64,000 nt of DNA from Octopus sinensis (Eukaryota), in contig NC_043009.1 in the NCBI RefSeq assembly GCF_006345805.1, forward strand, positions 65,472,001 through 65,536,000, written 5' to 3'. Each line of letters begins with the position of its first letter. Position 1 is the stretch's first letter. The notes under the pieces are model-generated. The model saw only the letters and a program-made list of their open reading frames with translations. It did not search any database and was not told where the DNA came from. Made by a program: the position numbers and the translations under genes. Positions 13,690 through 28,024 of the stretch are shown piece after piece.

Positions 13690-13912
13690 TAAAATTATAA
13701 TTTAGGGTATCTAAGAGATACCACCACGCTGGAAGTAGCAGACAAAACTTGACTCTAAAACCAAATTAAATGTTCATACAGCACCAGGAGAAAAAATAAA
13801 CTAGCAAAAAAATTGTCTTCTCTCCTGGTGCCGTAAGAACATTTAATGTGGTTTTAGAGTCAAGCTTTGGCTGGTATTTCCAGCGTAGTGGTATCTCTTA
13901 GATAGCCTAAAT

Positions 13913-13922
<10 letters not shown>
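13690..13922. mobile_element. Foldback/MITE-like palindrome
   Basis: 13690-13791 pairs with 13821-13922 without indels (about 9 mismatches); (TA)n on the right flank. Confidence 0.7.
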
Positions 13923-13948
<26 letters not shown>

Positions 13949-14881
13949 CTATATATATATATAATATTATATATTATATATATATATATATAATATATAT
14001 ATACATATATATGTGTCTGTATATATGTATGCATGTATGTATGTATGTATGTATGTATGTATGTATGTATGTATGCATGCATGTATGTATGTATATATAT
14101 ACATACATATATATATACACATATATATGCATGTGTTGTGTGGATGTGTGTGGATGTGTTTCGATTTGTATCTATATCAATATCTATGTATTCACCTGTG
14201 CGCACACATAGCAACTTCAATCTACGGGCATAAATTCGTATATCAAACAATGCATGCATGCACATACACTTACATACCTACGTGTCTAAACGCAGAAGCA
14301 TTCTTTTCAGGTTTGCGTGTGTCTTATTTCCTTATCTTCTTCTGCATTCGAAAGGATTAATAGAGAGGAGTAATGTCTATGATTAAAAACATCCAAATAT
14401 CGGCTACTCGGTCATTGTATGTGCTTCATGTGCCAACTTTTATGGAAATATTTGCGCAAAAAAACAAAATTGCAGGTGAACCTGGGATTACTTTTTATAT
14501 ATACGTATACAGGTGTGTGTGTGTGCTTGTGTGTGTGAAAAGGGAACATGTATATAAGGTGCGCAAATCACCATATGTATGGTGCAAGGTAGTGTGTAGA
14601 TATCTACTACGAAGCATTTTTTGTAAAAACTTGAAAAATCTTTTAGAACATATTTCTTTTTCTCTTCCTTCTTCTACTATATATATACATACATATATAT
14701 ATATATATATAATGTTATGTATATATATATGGGTGTTTTGTGTGCATGTGCATATATATATATAATAATATATATATATATATTATATATATAAAATAAA
14801 TATATACTTCATACATAATTTTTATATTTGCATATATAATATAGTGTGCAAATGACTACATATATAAATACATACAATATT

Positions 14882-14924
<43 letters not shown>

Positions 14925-15001
14925 ATATTTATATATATATACATATTTATATATACACATATATAAAATGTATACATATATACATACATATGCATATATA
15001 C

Positions 15002-15032
<31 letters not shown>

Positions 15033-15096
15033 TAATATACATATTTATTCATATATACATACATATGCATATATACTATAATATCTATATATATAC

Positions 15097-15136
<40 letters not shown>

Positions 15137-15146
15137 ATATATATCG

Positions 15147-15178
<32 letters not shown>

Positions 15179-15183
15179 CTCTC

Positions 15184-15217
<34 letters not shown>

Positions 15218-15597
15218 GTATTATATATATATATATTCCTGTATAATATGGACGAGTCCTGTGTGGCAGGGTATCAGATTTAAGCTTATCATGAATTATA
15301 TAATAGGTGTCAGTGAAGATGAAATGATTTATAATTGATAGCAAAACGGTAAAATCTCGAAGGCTGGCTTTTGTCTTTACTTCCTTATCTCCCCCCCCCC
15401 ACACTCCCATATTTTCGTTTTCATTTTCTTCTCCTTATTTCTTCCTTTACCCTGACCCTTCTTTTCCTGCACTTGACATGTTCTTCATCTTCTTGCATCA
15501 TCACCATCACCATCTTCAACATCATCATGATAACCCCTTACCATTAGTAATAGCACTATTAGTCATATGTGTGCGTGTGCCACACCAATAATTATAC

Positions 15598-15641
<44 letters not shown>

Positions 15642-17337
15642 TATATGTGTGTATATATTATATATGTATATATATACATGTATGTGTCTATATATACATA
15701 TATATATGTATGTATATATATATACAATATATATGTATGTTATATATACATATATATATGTATGTATATATATACATATATATATGTATGTATGTACATA
15801 TATAATATATATATATTATTATATATATATATATATATATACATACATACTACATATATAATATATATATATTATATATATATACGCATGTAATTCGCTA
15901 AGAAAGTTAAGTTTGTATATCCATATATATATTATTATATATATATATATAATCATGTAATTTGCTAAAGAAAGTTAAGTAGTATATCCATATACACACT
16001 TAACATAAACATAATCACAAATATTTGTATAGGAGCCTTTTTCTATTTATGTTTCATCCTCTCTCTACTTTTTATCTTCAATGTTCTGTAGTCTTTGTTT
16101 TTTTTTAACTATTTTTACCGCTGCCTTTGCTATTTTGTTTTCATTCTTTGAAAAGATTATAGTTTCGGAAAAAAGTAACTTACCAATCTAAATTGTAACT
16201 GCTACGTTTCTGAGTTCTAATCTAGGCCTCCTCATTTGTTTTCTCTGAAAGGATCCACTATGTTAATTGGTTTGATGACACTAAGTAAATTAATCCTCAT
16301 TTAAACTACTCATTAATATTTGACTTAATTATTCTACTAATTGTTAACACACGAAAAGTAAAATTTATCCGAGTGGGAATTGAACACTAAGGTTTGGTTT
16401 CTGATTATGGCATTAGGTTAATAATTTTGGATTCCAACCATTATATATCATATGTTTGCCTGTGTGTATAGAATTGACTGTTATACTAAACCAGGGTATA
16501 TATTTTATTGATCAAGGCGAACGTCGAAGCGAAGTGGCTGCGTGCAATTTGATCTCAGTTGTACATAGTCATTACTATAAATCACATGGCATTTTGCCTG
16601 CTGCTCAACCAATTCCACTGCAAACTGGCTCTCATGACCACTGGGCCGTGCGCGCTCGATGTACAACACTAAATAACAACAAACTGTTAAGAATCTATTT
16701 CCAGTCACAAAAGTCAGAACGTAAGACATCAAATCCTTAAGAAAAACAAAATCCTTTATTACAGTCGAAAACAGAAAATGTTCGGTATGGAGGGGCTGAT
16801 GCGCATTATTATTATACGCATACTTTATTAATAGTGTGCATACGAGGCAAGTCCAGCAGTAATTTTGTCCGTCATAATGGCTTGGTCAGTGTCATAAGTA
16901 GGACTAACAGTCTCCCAAAGTGTCATATTCAATGTATGTTTATAGCATTTGGCCAGTTATAAAGATTGTCGTAAAATGACCGCTCGTTGCCTGTAAAGGG
17001 ATAATTAAGAAGAAAGGCATTCTGCTCCGAACTGCCTATTGCTGAATACTGGTGCTTTAGGTCGCTACAGCAGGGTCTAGACATGGATTGTTTTAATTTG
17101 TATTTTTTACGTTTCTACGTACATTTTTTTTTTCTGTTTTACTCTCTTCTTTGCTCGATCCTCAAGCATTTATTTTTATAGAAATGTTTATAGACTAACA
17201 CAGGCAAAAACTAAAAGCACGCTGATGCATAAATATATGCATGTACACACGTTTATCTGCCCTACCCCTCTCTCTTTCTCTTTCTCTCTCTCTCTCTCTC
17301 ACACACACACTCTCTCTCTCTCTCACACACACACACA

Positions 17338-17372
<35 letters not shown>

Positions 17373-17489
17373 CATATATATATTATATATTTATAAATAT
17401 CTATCTATCTATATATTTATATATATATGTATATATATATATACACATGGACACGAACACACACATACACATATAATAATATAATGAAT

Positions 17490-17490
17490 G

Positions 17491-17547
<57 letters not shown>

Positions 17548-17548
17548 A
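17490..17548. repeat. (GATA)n microsatellite
   Basis: Direct reading; another lies at about 43340-43395. Confidence 0.95.
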
Positions 17549-19294
17549 TAAATAAATAGATTTAAATATATATATACATACTTGAAAAGAAATATAAATC
17601 GATACATATGGTCGCATGTGTTCAGATACATTCACACAAATTCTTACATATATGCGGGTATACATGTATACAGAGATATGGTCATGACAATGTTGCCTAA
17701 ATTCCAAAGAAAAATGTCTAAACCCCACCCACCAAGGATGAGAAATCTTGAACAATAAACCAGAAAGACCGACACACGTATGTTATCTGCCTAAATGTGG
17801 TAGGGAGCAATGCTGGTGGGTAAAAATGAAACAGAGACCTTGCTATGAGCATTCTTCTTACTATGATCGTTGCTTTCCACTAATATAATTTCAACCATGA
17901 TAAACACTGAATGTCTAACATTGCCCCATGAAATCAGATGCATGCATACTACTATTTGTTTGTCTCTTATTAGACCCGGTGAAGTTGATAAATGATTCTT
18001 TCAGAATCATGAACAATTGGTCATTCCCCTCTAAAATTCCACTAATCATTCAGTCCTTTATAATATTTTGCTGTTTGATGGGATAAGAATTGATTGTTTG
18101 TATCATATTTAAGGACCACATAATGCAGAGGATCTGTCAGGAGTCTCACAGAATTCCATCATCCATGCCCAACGTCCGATACCTTTCATTGTAGACAGGC
18201 ATGAGGACCATGAGAATTGAGGCAATGTTTGTTTTTCTGCACATTCCAATGTGTTACATAAATATGAGCAATCTCATGTCATGAGATAGTTTTTACTCAA
18301 AGAAAAAAAAATGTGCAGAAATAAGTTATGGATAAAATAAGCAGCAGTCGATAAGTTTGAATAAAATTCTTGAGATGCATCAGAGTATGACTCTTGTCGT
18401 CCGTCTAAAATCAGTAAAAAGAAAACATAAAATATGATTATACAAATTATATTTCTGTGTCTTTGTATTGAGAACCAAAGATCGATAGTTGTTCAATTCC
18501 AAATACTAAGTCATAAGGAGCTGGAAAAAATATTGAAGGAATTTTGTTCAAAGTTCTAATGATTCTAATGAAGTACCAACTACGATTAGAAGTACAATGT
18601 TTTTCTTCTCAATAAAAAAATATGTACTTTTATGTGGATTGTAATGTTTTCTTGCTAAAAGTCAAAATGATACGATTAATGTTATGATAATAATATAATT
18701 AATTTTTATTTCACATTCGAAATCATCATTGAATTATTATTAATATTAAAATTGTTTCCACTAACAAAATAATAATTGCATAATTAGTATTATTAGAATT
18801 ATGATTTTTTGCTTATGAAACTGATCAAATTAATATTATTATAATTATAGGAATGTCTTCCCAAGATCAAGATATATAATGAACCACTGGGTACCCGGAG
18901 TGAGCCCTAAAGTTATACATGTTCAATCGCATAGTTAATTACTTGAAGCAAATTGCAATTAAGATCATTAATTAAAATAAAATATGGTGTTTTATAGTCT
19001 GCTTTGGTTCCCCTTATTACTAAACTAACAATAAAATAAACACGCAACGAGGTATCTAACTTCATACAAGTAGATATGTTGAGCAAAACTTTCTCGTTTC
19101 GTCTCAGTATTCAATTGGCTGTCAGAGTTTCATTGATATTCAGAGACAATAGGAATGAATTGTCTATGATGCGCATGTCAGAGCGACTGTCAGAGATATC
19201 GAAAAATATTACCACCTGAATTAGCAAATAACGTAAGAAAATAATTGCCAGCGTATGGACATTCGATAATCCCTAGTATTAAACGCATAACGAA

Positions 19295-19475
19295 AGGCGG
19301 TGAGCTGGTAAAATCGTTTGCAAACCGGATCTTTACGTTCTGAGTTCAAGTTACGTCGAAGTCGACTTTGCCTTCCAAACTTTTGGGGTCGGTAAAAATA
19401 TGGTACCTGTTGAGTAACCAACTAGACATATCTCCCACATATTTAAGTCTTTTTGGCTTGTAGTAGAAAGGATTC
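19295..19475 (+). mobile_element. SINE family B, deleted/diverged
   Basis: GGCGGTGAGCTGG...TACGTTCTGAGTTCAAG...GTCGACTTTGCC. Confidence 0.8.
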
Positions 19476-19517
19476 TTATAAGTATATCCGTTCCATCCAA
19501 AAGTCGAAATCGCGCGT

Positions 19518-19585
19518 TTCCAGGATCAGTCCCACTGCGTGGCACCTTCGGCAAGGTTTGATAGACGGAAACTGAAAGAATCCTG

Positions 19586-19671
<86 letters not shown>

Positions 19672-19868
19672 GTGCGTGCGATTGTTCTCCACAACGTTTC
19701 GACAACCAGCATTGGTGTGTTTACGTCCCTGTAACTTATTGGTTCGGCAAAAGAGACCGATAAAGTATCAGGCTTAGAAATAACAAGTGCTGGGGTCAAT
19801 TCATTCCACTGAAAATTCTTCAAGGTGGTGCCCCAGCATGGCCATATTCTGAGACTAGTAAAAGATAA
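19518..19868 (+). mobile_element. SINE family A, internally deleted
   Basis: CAGTCCCACTGCGTGGCACC...GTGGTGCCCCAGCATGGCC...GTAAAAG. Confidence 0.85.
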
Positions 19869-21091
19869 CATCTAAATTACGTAACTTCTACGCTCACAAA
19901 TTTCTCTCTTTCAAACGTAATTATGTAATTTCTGTGCCAAATAAAAATGGTTTTCTTCATTGAGTGAGAATTATATAATTAATATTATTATAACTATAAT
20001 GATTGATTCCTCCACATTAAGATTATTTAATTACTTTTTCAGTTAATATAATGAGGAACAGAAATACAATAAATTATGTAATTATTATTTTGATATTTTT
20101 TCTCAAAATCAAAAATTACATAATTGTTATTAATTAAATGATAAATAGTTTTACACTCAAAACGAAAGGAGCAATCAAAAGCAGAGTTATTAAAGTATAA
20201 GGTAGAATGCTTTGTGGTATTTGTTCAAACTCTCTGTGCTCTAGGTTCAAAACCACACAAGATCTGACTTTGCATTTATCCTTTTACGGTCGATAAATAA
20301 AGTACCAGTGAAAAGTAATCAATTTGTGGAATTGGCGGAATTATTAACGCGCCAGGCGAGATTTTTGTGATATCTGTTCTGTTTATGTACAGAGCTCAAT
20401 TGTCTCCCCCCACCCCTGTGAATAGCCTTCTCGTGGCAGGGAACAGGTTTTGCAACCCGAGTAATAGCGATAATTTCTAAATGTTGGACCGAGAGGCGAG
20501 TCAAGTGAAGCATCATTACAAACGGTATCTGTAGAGAATCGGAAAAACGGTGCGACAAAACGGAAAAAAAAACATCGAATATACGTACAATCTAAGGCGG
20601 GGACATCTCTCAGATCACATAAGCTAGAAACAGAAGCTAAATCTTCATCAAAATACGTTAAAGTACCTTAGAAAGGAAGATCAGTTGAATGCTGTTATCC
20701 AGTCTCTGGGTTTAAAACAAATGGGTGATTACAGCTGATGATTTTGATCCTAGGTTTGTTCAGTCTAAAGAGACCTGAGTTGAGAGAAAAAGTATAGCAA
20801 CTATTACTTATCTAATATCATATGCTGATAAAGATATTACATGGTCGAATTGAAACTCAGTCACAACTGAGTCATAAGTAAACCCGTGGAAGAATCAAAG
20901 CCAGCCCTTATAGGTTTTCTAAACGTTCTAAAATATGCAAATATTACATTTTAGGTACGGGTTCCTTATTCGGTGCTTATTATAACTAATCGTAAAATGA
21001 AGAAAGTAACGTCGACACGATAAAGAGTGATAATTAAAGAGACATTTTATCCAACGTATGTACTGATTATCTTATCCAGTCCATTTACGAT

Positions 21092-21408
21092 AATAGCTTA
21101 CAGTTGTTTCGAAGACAATGTTATATATAGAAATGTCATATTCTCCACTAATATATTTCAATGGGCAAAGTAACCATAACACTGCGTCTAGCACAGATCG
21201 ATATATGCCTTAATGTTGGTTGCACATTTTGGCACAAAGCTAGCAATTTTGAGGGAGTGGATAAATCAATTATATCGATCCCCGTGCTCAAGTGATAATT
21301 ATTCTATCGATCTGAAAACCGAGAAAAGTAAACAATACCTTGGCAACATCTGGACTCAGAAAGTTAAGACGGACGAAATTCTGCTAGACATTTTTTTCCA
21401 GGCATCCC
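21092..21408 (-). repeat. Inverted duplication, partner 25391-25707
   Basis: Shared SINE-B variant plus about 120 bp of non-SINE flank; roughly 90% identity by eye. Confidence 0.9.
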
Positions 21409-21910
21409 CTGGTCACATATTGAGTATGAAGGCATTGGTTCGACCACAGTATTTGAAACCTACTTGTTTCATCGACTCAAATAAAAAGAAAGGGAATGTA
21501 GACTTCGGTATTGAGGATATAATAGCACAAATTATTTTCGAGAATACTTTGCAGCCCGTGTCCTCTACTGTACTGTGTGTGTTGTAGCAGCAGTATGTAT
21601 ATATAATTGATGCATTTGTAAGCGCGTGAGACTACATATGTATGTGCACATAACGGATATGTAAACATCTGCGTCTGTGCGTGTGCACAGAGATGAGGTG
21701 AGAACGAGTGAGTAGGCTTATGTGTTTCGAGAAGATTCAAACGTCCACTAAACACATAACCTTCAAGCTTTAGATATATCTTGTATTTTGGGTCAATTTC
21801 TATTTCACAGACCAAACAGTGCGTATGTCTTTATGGTGAAAAGATCCTACCAAGATAAAGTTAAAATATAAAAAAAGAACTGTATATACATATATATATA
21901 TATATATATA

Positions 21911-22121
21911 GGTCAATATGTGACGGCGTGTATATCGTTGGCAATTTTCTTTCTCCGCCTTCCCTTCCTTGGACCTTTCCTTTTTCTATGTTTCTGACGA
22001 AGAGCTCCGCTCGAAACGTTAAATCCTCCTTCTTTCTTTCCTTTCCTGAGCGTTCAATAACACTATACTTGTTCCACGTCCTCGCGTTGTTGTGTTTCCT
22101 GTTAGTTAATGTTTGGATTAA
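21911..22121 (+). mobile_element. Short HHR-bearing repeat between (TA)n tracts
   Basis: Homologous to 41847-42028 (inverted) and to a 5' fragment at about 5905-5960. Confidence 0.7.
21990..22024 (+). ncRNA. Minimal type I hammerhead ribozyme
   Basis: GTTT-CTGACGA-A-GAGC(tcc)GCTC-GAAA-CGTT-AAAT. Confidence 0.75.
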
Positions 22122-22122
22122 G

Positions 22123-22156
<34 letters not shown>

Positions 22157-22560
22157 ATATATATAAATATAAATATATATATATACATCAGTACATCGCG
22201 GATTTATCTGGCTAACATATGTAACATATGTAAATTTATATCGTGAACTCCTCAGTATATCGCGGGTTTCTGTGGCCGATAGGAATTTATATTGCCTAGA
22301 TTTCAATTATTTCTGTGATAAAATAGGCATTTTCACGCCTAAAAATTAATAAATTAATAAATATAAATACAGTATAGTACTTCACTGTAAAACACATTAA
22401 TTAAAATATATTAAAAGAAAGTACGTAGTGAAGCGTAGGTGAGTAAATAAAGAATCGCCTATATTCTACGGAAAATGAAATCCTAAAAGTGTGGGGAGAC
22501 TTTATAAAAGCTTAAATATATAAAAATAATAAAATATTACGGAGATGTACTTGCATAGCA

Positions 22561-22870
22561 ATTGACTTGATCTGAGAGGTCTGGGCAGTCAGGAAGGTGA
22601 GGAACAGCTTTGATGCCCATCTGTGTCAAGTGATTGGTTACCAAAATGAAATAATGTGGAATAATTCATTGTCCTGGTGCAGGTCCTCTGGCCATTTGCC
22701 AAGAATTCCCTTCTTCAACGCCCTCAAAATCTCCCCAATGTTTTCATTGTTGACCGACAAGCCACAGGGAACGTAGTGGATGTAAATGATGCCCTTTCTA
22801 TCGAAAAAGAGGATCATCAACAGATTCTCTTGGGAATGGCACTGACCTGCTTCTTGTGTCAGCGAAAAAC
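22561..22870 (-). pseudogene. mariner transposase relic (catalytic domain)
   Basis: MILFFDRKGIIYIHYVPCGLSVN...LHQDN, followed by TQMGIKAVPHLPDCPDLS (cf. HPPYSPDLAP). Confidence 0.8.
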
Positions 22871-23574
22871 TATGAATGCATTGCATCTTATGACAGAAAA
22901 AACTTGTAAGCTGATGATGCTTGTGACATAACTCCTTATTCCCTTGTAATTTATTTAATCTCTTACTACTGACCCGTACTCAACTAACACTTTATTTCTG
23001 GAGCGTATGTATAGTGAGTTCTAACGTCAGGTTATTAGTATAGCTACGCATAAAAGAAACAATAAAATATAACTTAAGATTTTACCTAGATAAGATGCGA
23101 ACTTATTTCCGAAAGGCAATATCCCAGCATCCATTTCGAGAAGGCGGGCATCACAAAACCAGGAAGGGCAAAGCTAATTAGGAAATTAAAGTTATAAAGC
23201 CATCAAGGAAACGGTGTCGCCTGTTGCCTGGTCATCTATATACACTTATATACGTATACAAACATTTATATGTGCGCAAGCAGAAATCAAGACACAGATT
23301 CACTCGCATAACAACTTGTATGCCGGAACATAATTTTATAGATGAATACATAACTAATTAGTTGATAGTTTCGAAATTCAAATGATGGAGTCTTGTTTCT
23401 TCGATGGAGACCGAACATTACTCTGTTGGGCAGAGGTTAAAAAAAACAGAAACTTCAGAAAGACAGATATATTCATACATGCATGCGTGTATATGCATGC
23501 GTGTGTGTGTATTCACACATGCATGCATGCATGCATGTATGCATATATTTGCGTATTCATATACATTTATAAGC

Positions 23575-23611
<37 letters not shown>

Positions 23612-24678
23612 ATCCCATGGAGGGTTGAATTTACAACCCCTATCTCATTTTATATATATATGTATATATATATATATATATATACATATATGGTGGTGTA
23701 TATATATATATATACATATATTGAGCATGGCCACAAGAAACTAATGCCCACATATATTTGTGGAAGATCCACGAAAACTTATTCCGACATTTGTAATAGA
23801 AGAGTGAGAGGGAAATGAAGTGGGAGATATTGTTAGGACTCAACACTGTCTTTCTCATATTCTCTCTTCAGGAACCAATACAGCAACAGACCAGCATTTA
23901 AAGGCCAGCAATTCTGCAACAGTTTCCCAAAAGACTTACAAAAAGTTACTAAATTTTCCCTTGGGATCTTTTAATAGGTATAGAGATGCATTTATCTCTG
24001 CGATCATTTGCGAAATGTTACAACTAAACCAGAGTAGTTTCCACTAATTTGTTGATTCACCAACAAGTGATGACGCGCATGTTGTAGGAGAGAACAAAAA
24101 TACTGGACGCCAAGACAAATACAGAGACATCAGAAAGCATTCAGACGTGAAAGTGATATTGCAAAATGGCGTCGCTGGACGTGATACCTAAAGCAAATCA
24201 AAGATACCTACGTGCATATATATGCATGCATACATTTATTATGCTTTAGTGGGAAAGAAAGCAAAATAGACAATGCCTACATTCAGTAGTTATAACTCAT
24301 AAAAATACCTGAATATTATGTAGTAGGACCAGAAAATGATGTTTAGCGTCGGTGTTGGGTGAATCAATCCGAATGGAAAGAGCAGAAACTGCTGTGATTT
24401 TTGGTGAATTCTAATGTTTCGGACCAAGTCATTCATTGCAATTTACAACAATTCATTGTTTATGGCACAATCAATTATGTCACCTTTATAAAAATAGCGC
24501 GGTTAAATTACAGGTTTTTGAAAAGTCGAAATTACTGGTATATCACGGAGTTTTGGTCAGGGAGTTCTATTGTGATTAAAATAGCTGTTCTAACTGGGTC
24601 TTTTGCTGACTATATACTATATTATGTAAATATGGAAATATTTACATAGTGATATATTGAGTAACATATGCATACATA

Positions 24679-24754
<76 letters not shown>

Positions 24755-24769
24755 TATATATTTATATAT

Positions 24770-24922
24770 TCGTCTGCCATTACGTTCTGAGTTCAAATTC
24801 CGCCGAGGTTGACTTTGCCTTTCATCCTTTCGGGGGCGATAAATTAAGTACCAGTTACTCACTTAATCCCTTTTTCTGTCCTTGTTTGTCCCCTCTGTGT
24901 TTAGCTCCTGTGAGCGATAAAG

Positions 24923-24927
<5 letters not shown>
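24770..24927 (+). mobile_element. SINE family B, 5'-truncated
   Basis: TCGTCTGCCATTACGTTCTGAGTTCAAATTCC...TAAAGAAATA. Confidence 0.85.
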
Positions 24928-24955
<28 letters not shown>

Positions 24956-25030
24956 AATTGAGATAGGGGTTGTAAATGCAACCCTCCATGGGATAACATG
25001 ATTTAGATGTATTTCTCCATTTTCTTATCT

Positions 25031-25069
<39 letters not shown>

Positions 25070-25390
25070 TATATATAATATATATATATCTATATATATA
25101 TATATGTATGTATGTATGTATATATTATTCAATGAAATTTCAACTTAGACTGATTTTCTATTTTTACAATTTTATAATACTTAAATAAACGAGTATATTT
25201 TAATCATCAGGTTTATGTAGTGACAGTCGTCTTCCAGAATGTATGTATGTATATTTATGCTTATTTTTCCTGGAAAAAAATATTTTTTACTTACCCCTTC
25301 TTGTTTTACTATGTAAATAAATATTTGGATGTTTGCTTAAAACACGGATATTAATATTTGTTTCAAATTTCGGCGCCAGGTAGAATCGTT

Positions 25391-25707
25391 AGGCATGCAG
25401 GGAAAAAATGCGCAGCGGAATTTCGTCCGTCTTAACTTTCTGAGTTCAAATGTTGCCGAGGTATTGTTTACTTTTCTCGGTTTTCGGATCGATATAAAAA
25501 TTATCACTTGAGCACGGGGATCGATATAATTGATTTATCCACTCCCTCGAAATTGCTGGCTTTGTGCCAAAATGTGCAACCAATATTAAGGCATATATCG
25601 ATCTGTGGTAGACACAGTGTTGTGGTTACTTTGCCCGTTGAAATTTATTAGTGGAGAATATGACATTTCTATATATAGCATTGTTTCCGAAACAACTGTA
25701 AGCTATT
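25391..25707 (+). repeat. Inverted duplication, partner 21092-21408
   Basis: See partner. Confidence 0.9.
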
Positions 25708-25789
25708 CCATGCTTTTAGCAAGATGTGTAAAGAACATCTCATCAGATGTTATTATCACTGTCACTGAACAATTAAGTTATTCATTGAC

Positions 25790-26228
25790 ACGGATGTGGT
25801 TGTGTGGTAAGAAGTTTACTTCCTAACAACAGGAGTCCAGGTTCAATTCCGTGGAACTTTGAGTAAGTCTCTTCTACAATAGCCTCCGACCGACCAAAAC
25901 TTTGTGGGTCAAATTTGTAGACAGAAAAGAAAAGAAGCCCGCTGTCTATGTGTTTGTGTGTGTGTGTGTGTGTGCGTGTGTGTATGTGTGTGAGTGTGTG
26001 TGTACATATATATACACACAGGCATATACGTGTGTGTGTAGCTCTGTATCTGTCTTTGACAACCGGTGTTGGTATGTTTACGGCCCTGTTGAATAGCGGT
26101 TCAGCAAAAATGGCCATAGAGTAATTACAAAGATTTACAAAAATATAATAAGTTTTGGAGTCGATTCGTCCGACTAAAATTTTTCAAGGCGGTGCTCCAG
26201 CATGGCAGCAACCTAGTAACTGAAGACC
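25790..26228 (+). mobile_element. SINE family A, diverged
   Basis: TGGTTGTGTGGTAAG...GGCGGTGCTCCAGCATGG. Confidence 0.85.
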
Positions 26229-26568
26229 ATAATTGAACGTGATACCCATTCACTCCTTAAGTAAAATTTCTTACAAACGTTAAAACGCCGTCTCCTGGTT
26301 TAAAAACTTGGAGGTTAATATATAATTCCTAGTAACATCATTCGATATATCCTTAGACATTTGATACGGAAAGGATCAATTTTCTATAGCAGTGCTGAAA
26401 AAACGTAATTAATATGTAGGTAAGGTTATAATGTAGAAATACGTCAGAAATTAGGAATTATTATTAGAATTATATCAATTTGTCCAATACGCGCCATTGA
26501 GCTTTCATTGATCAATGAGTGTCTTACAGAGAGACAGTATAACATGCACACACACACACACACACACA

Positions 26569-26599
<31 letters not shown>

Positions 26600-26667
26600 C
26601 ACATATGTACACTTACACGCACATACTAACACACACACGCACACAGATCGCGCACGCGCACATATGA

Positions 26668-26920
26668 AAGTGCGCGACCTCGTGGATGAACGTGTTGTAC
26701 TCATGATCTCTCGATTGCGGTTTCGACTCCCAGACAGGCTGTGCATTGTGTTCTTAAGCGAAACATCTCATTTCTCGTTCTTCCAGTCCACTCGTCTGTA
26801 AACGTGTCACCCTTCGACTGGCCAGTCTTCTGGTTTGATCGCTTAGCCATCTGAGTCGAGTCGTCTGAAAGTTAAAACGATGCAAATCGCATTGTGATCA
26901 GCGATGTATAACAACATCAG
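26668..26920 (+). mobile_element. Degraded SINE related to family E/C head
   Basis: GGTTTCGACTCCC...TTGTGTTCTTAAGCGAAAC...CCAGTCCACTC. Confidence 0.6.
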
Positions 26921-26965
26921 ACAAGCCTTGAAGAACTTTTTTAGTCGAATAAATGGACCTCAGCA

Positions 26966-27375
26966 CTTACTCTTTTACTTGTTTCAGTCATTTGACTGCG
27001 GCCATGCTGGAGCACCGCCTTTAATCGAGCAACTCGACTCCGGGACTTATTTTTGTAAGCCCAGTACTTATTCTATCGGTCTTTTTTGCCGAACCGCTAA
27101 GTGACGGAGACATAAACACACCAGCATCAGTTGTCAAGCAATGCTAGGGGGACAAACACAAACACAAACATACACGCACACATACATATATATATATATA
27201 TACATATACATATACACGACGGGCTTCTTTCAGTTTCCGTCTACCAAATCCACTCACAAAGCTCTGGTCGGCCCGAGGCTATAGTAGAAGACACATGCCC
27301 AAGGTGCCACGCAGTGTGACTGAACCCGGAACCATGTGGTTGTTAAACAAGCTACTTACCACACAGCCACTCCTG
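26966..27375 (-). mobile_element. SINE family A, full length
   Basis: Near-identical to 6116-6504; a further degraded fragment follows at about 27396-27510. Confidence 0.9.
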
Positions 27376-27690
27376 CTTGTTGACTTTTTTTTAAACCTGT
27401 TACTTATTCTATCAATATCACATTGACGAACCGCTAATTATCGTAGATGTAAGCAAACCAACATCAATTGTCAACTGCTGGTAGGGGACAAACACAGATA
27501 CAAAGTCCCCATCCACACACACACAAACACACACACACACACACACATTTGAAATTTCTTTAGGGGAAACGTTAAGAATACGAAAATAATGCTCCTATTC
27601 CAATATTTAATGCGAAGCATTAAATATTTATAAATTCCATCTAAGTATTATTGTTATGATTGCGATGTGTGTGTGTGTGTGTTTCTGAAA

Positions 27691-27993
27691 GCGCATGACT
27701 CAGTGGTTAGAGCGTCGAGCTTACGATCGTGGGTTTGTGAGTTCGATTCCCGGACCGGGCTGTGTATCGTATTCTTGAGCAAGATACTTTATTTCATGTT
27801 GCTCAGCTTTAGAAATAAGTTGCAAAGTCACTGGGGTCAAGCTGTATCGGCTTTTGCCTTTCTCTTGGATAACATCAGTAGTGTAGAGAGAGGAGGCTGG
27901 TATGTATGTATGACCGCTGGTCTTCCATACACAACCTTGCCCGGACTTGTGCCTCGGAGGGTAACTTTCTAGGTGCAATCCCATGGTCACCCT

Positions 27994-27994
<1 letters not shown>
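27691..27994 (+). mobile_element. tRNA-derived SINE family C
   Basis: A-box TGACTCAGTGG, B-box GAGTTCGATTCCC; tail GGGTAACTTTCTAGGTGCAATCCCATGGTC followed by (TA)n. Confidence 0.85.

Positions 27995-28020
<26 letters not shown>

Positions 28021-28024
<4 letters not shown>

Noticed and set aside
23850-23985. Possible exon after the polypyrimidine acceptor TTCTCTCTTCAG
   Set aside because: Weak donor, no recognisable peptide, no partner exons; cannot be supported without RNA-seq.
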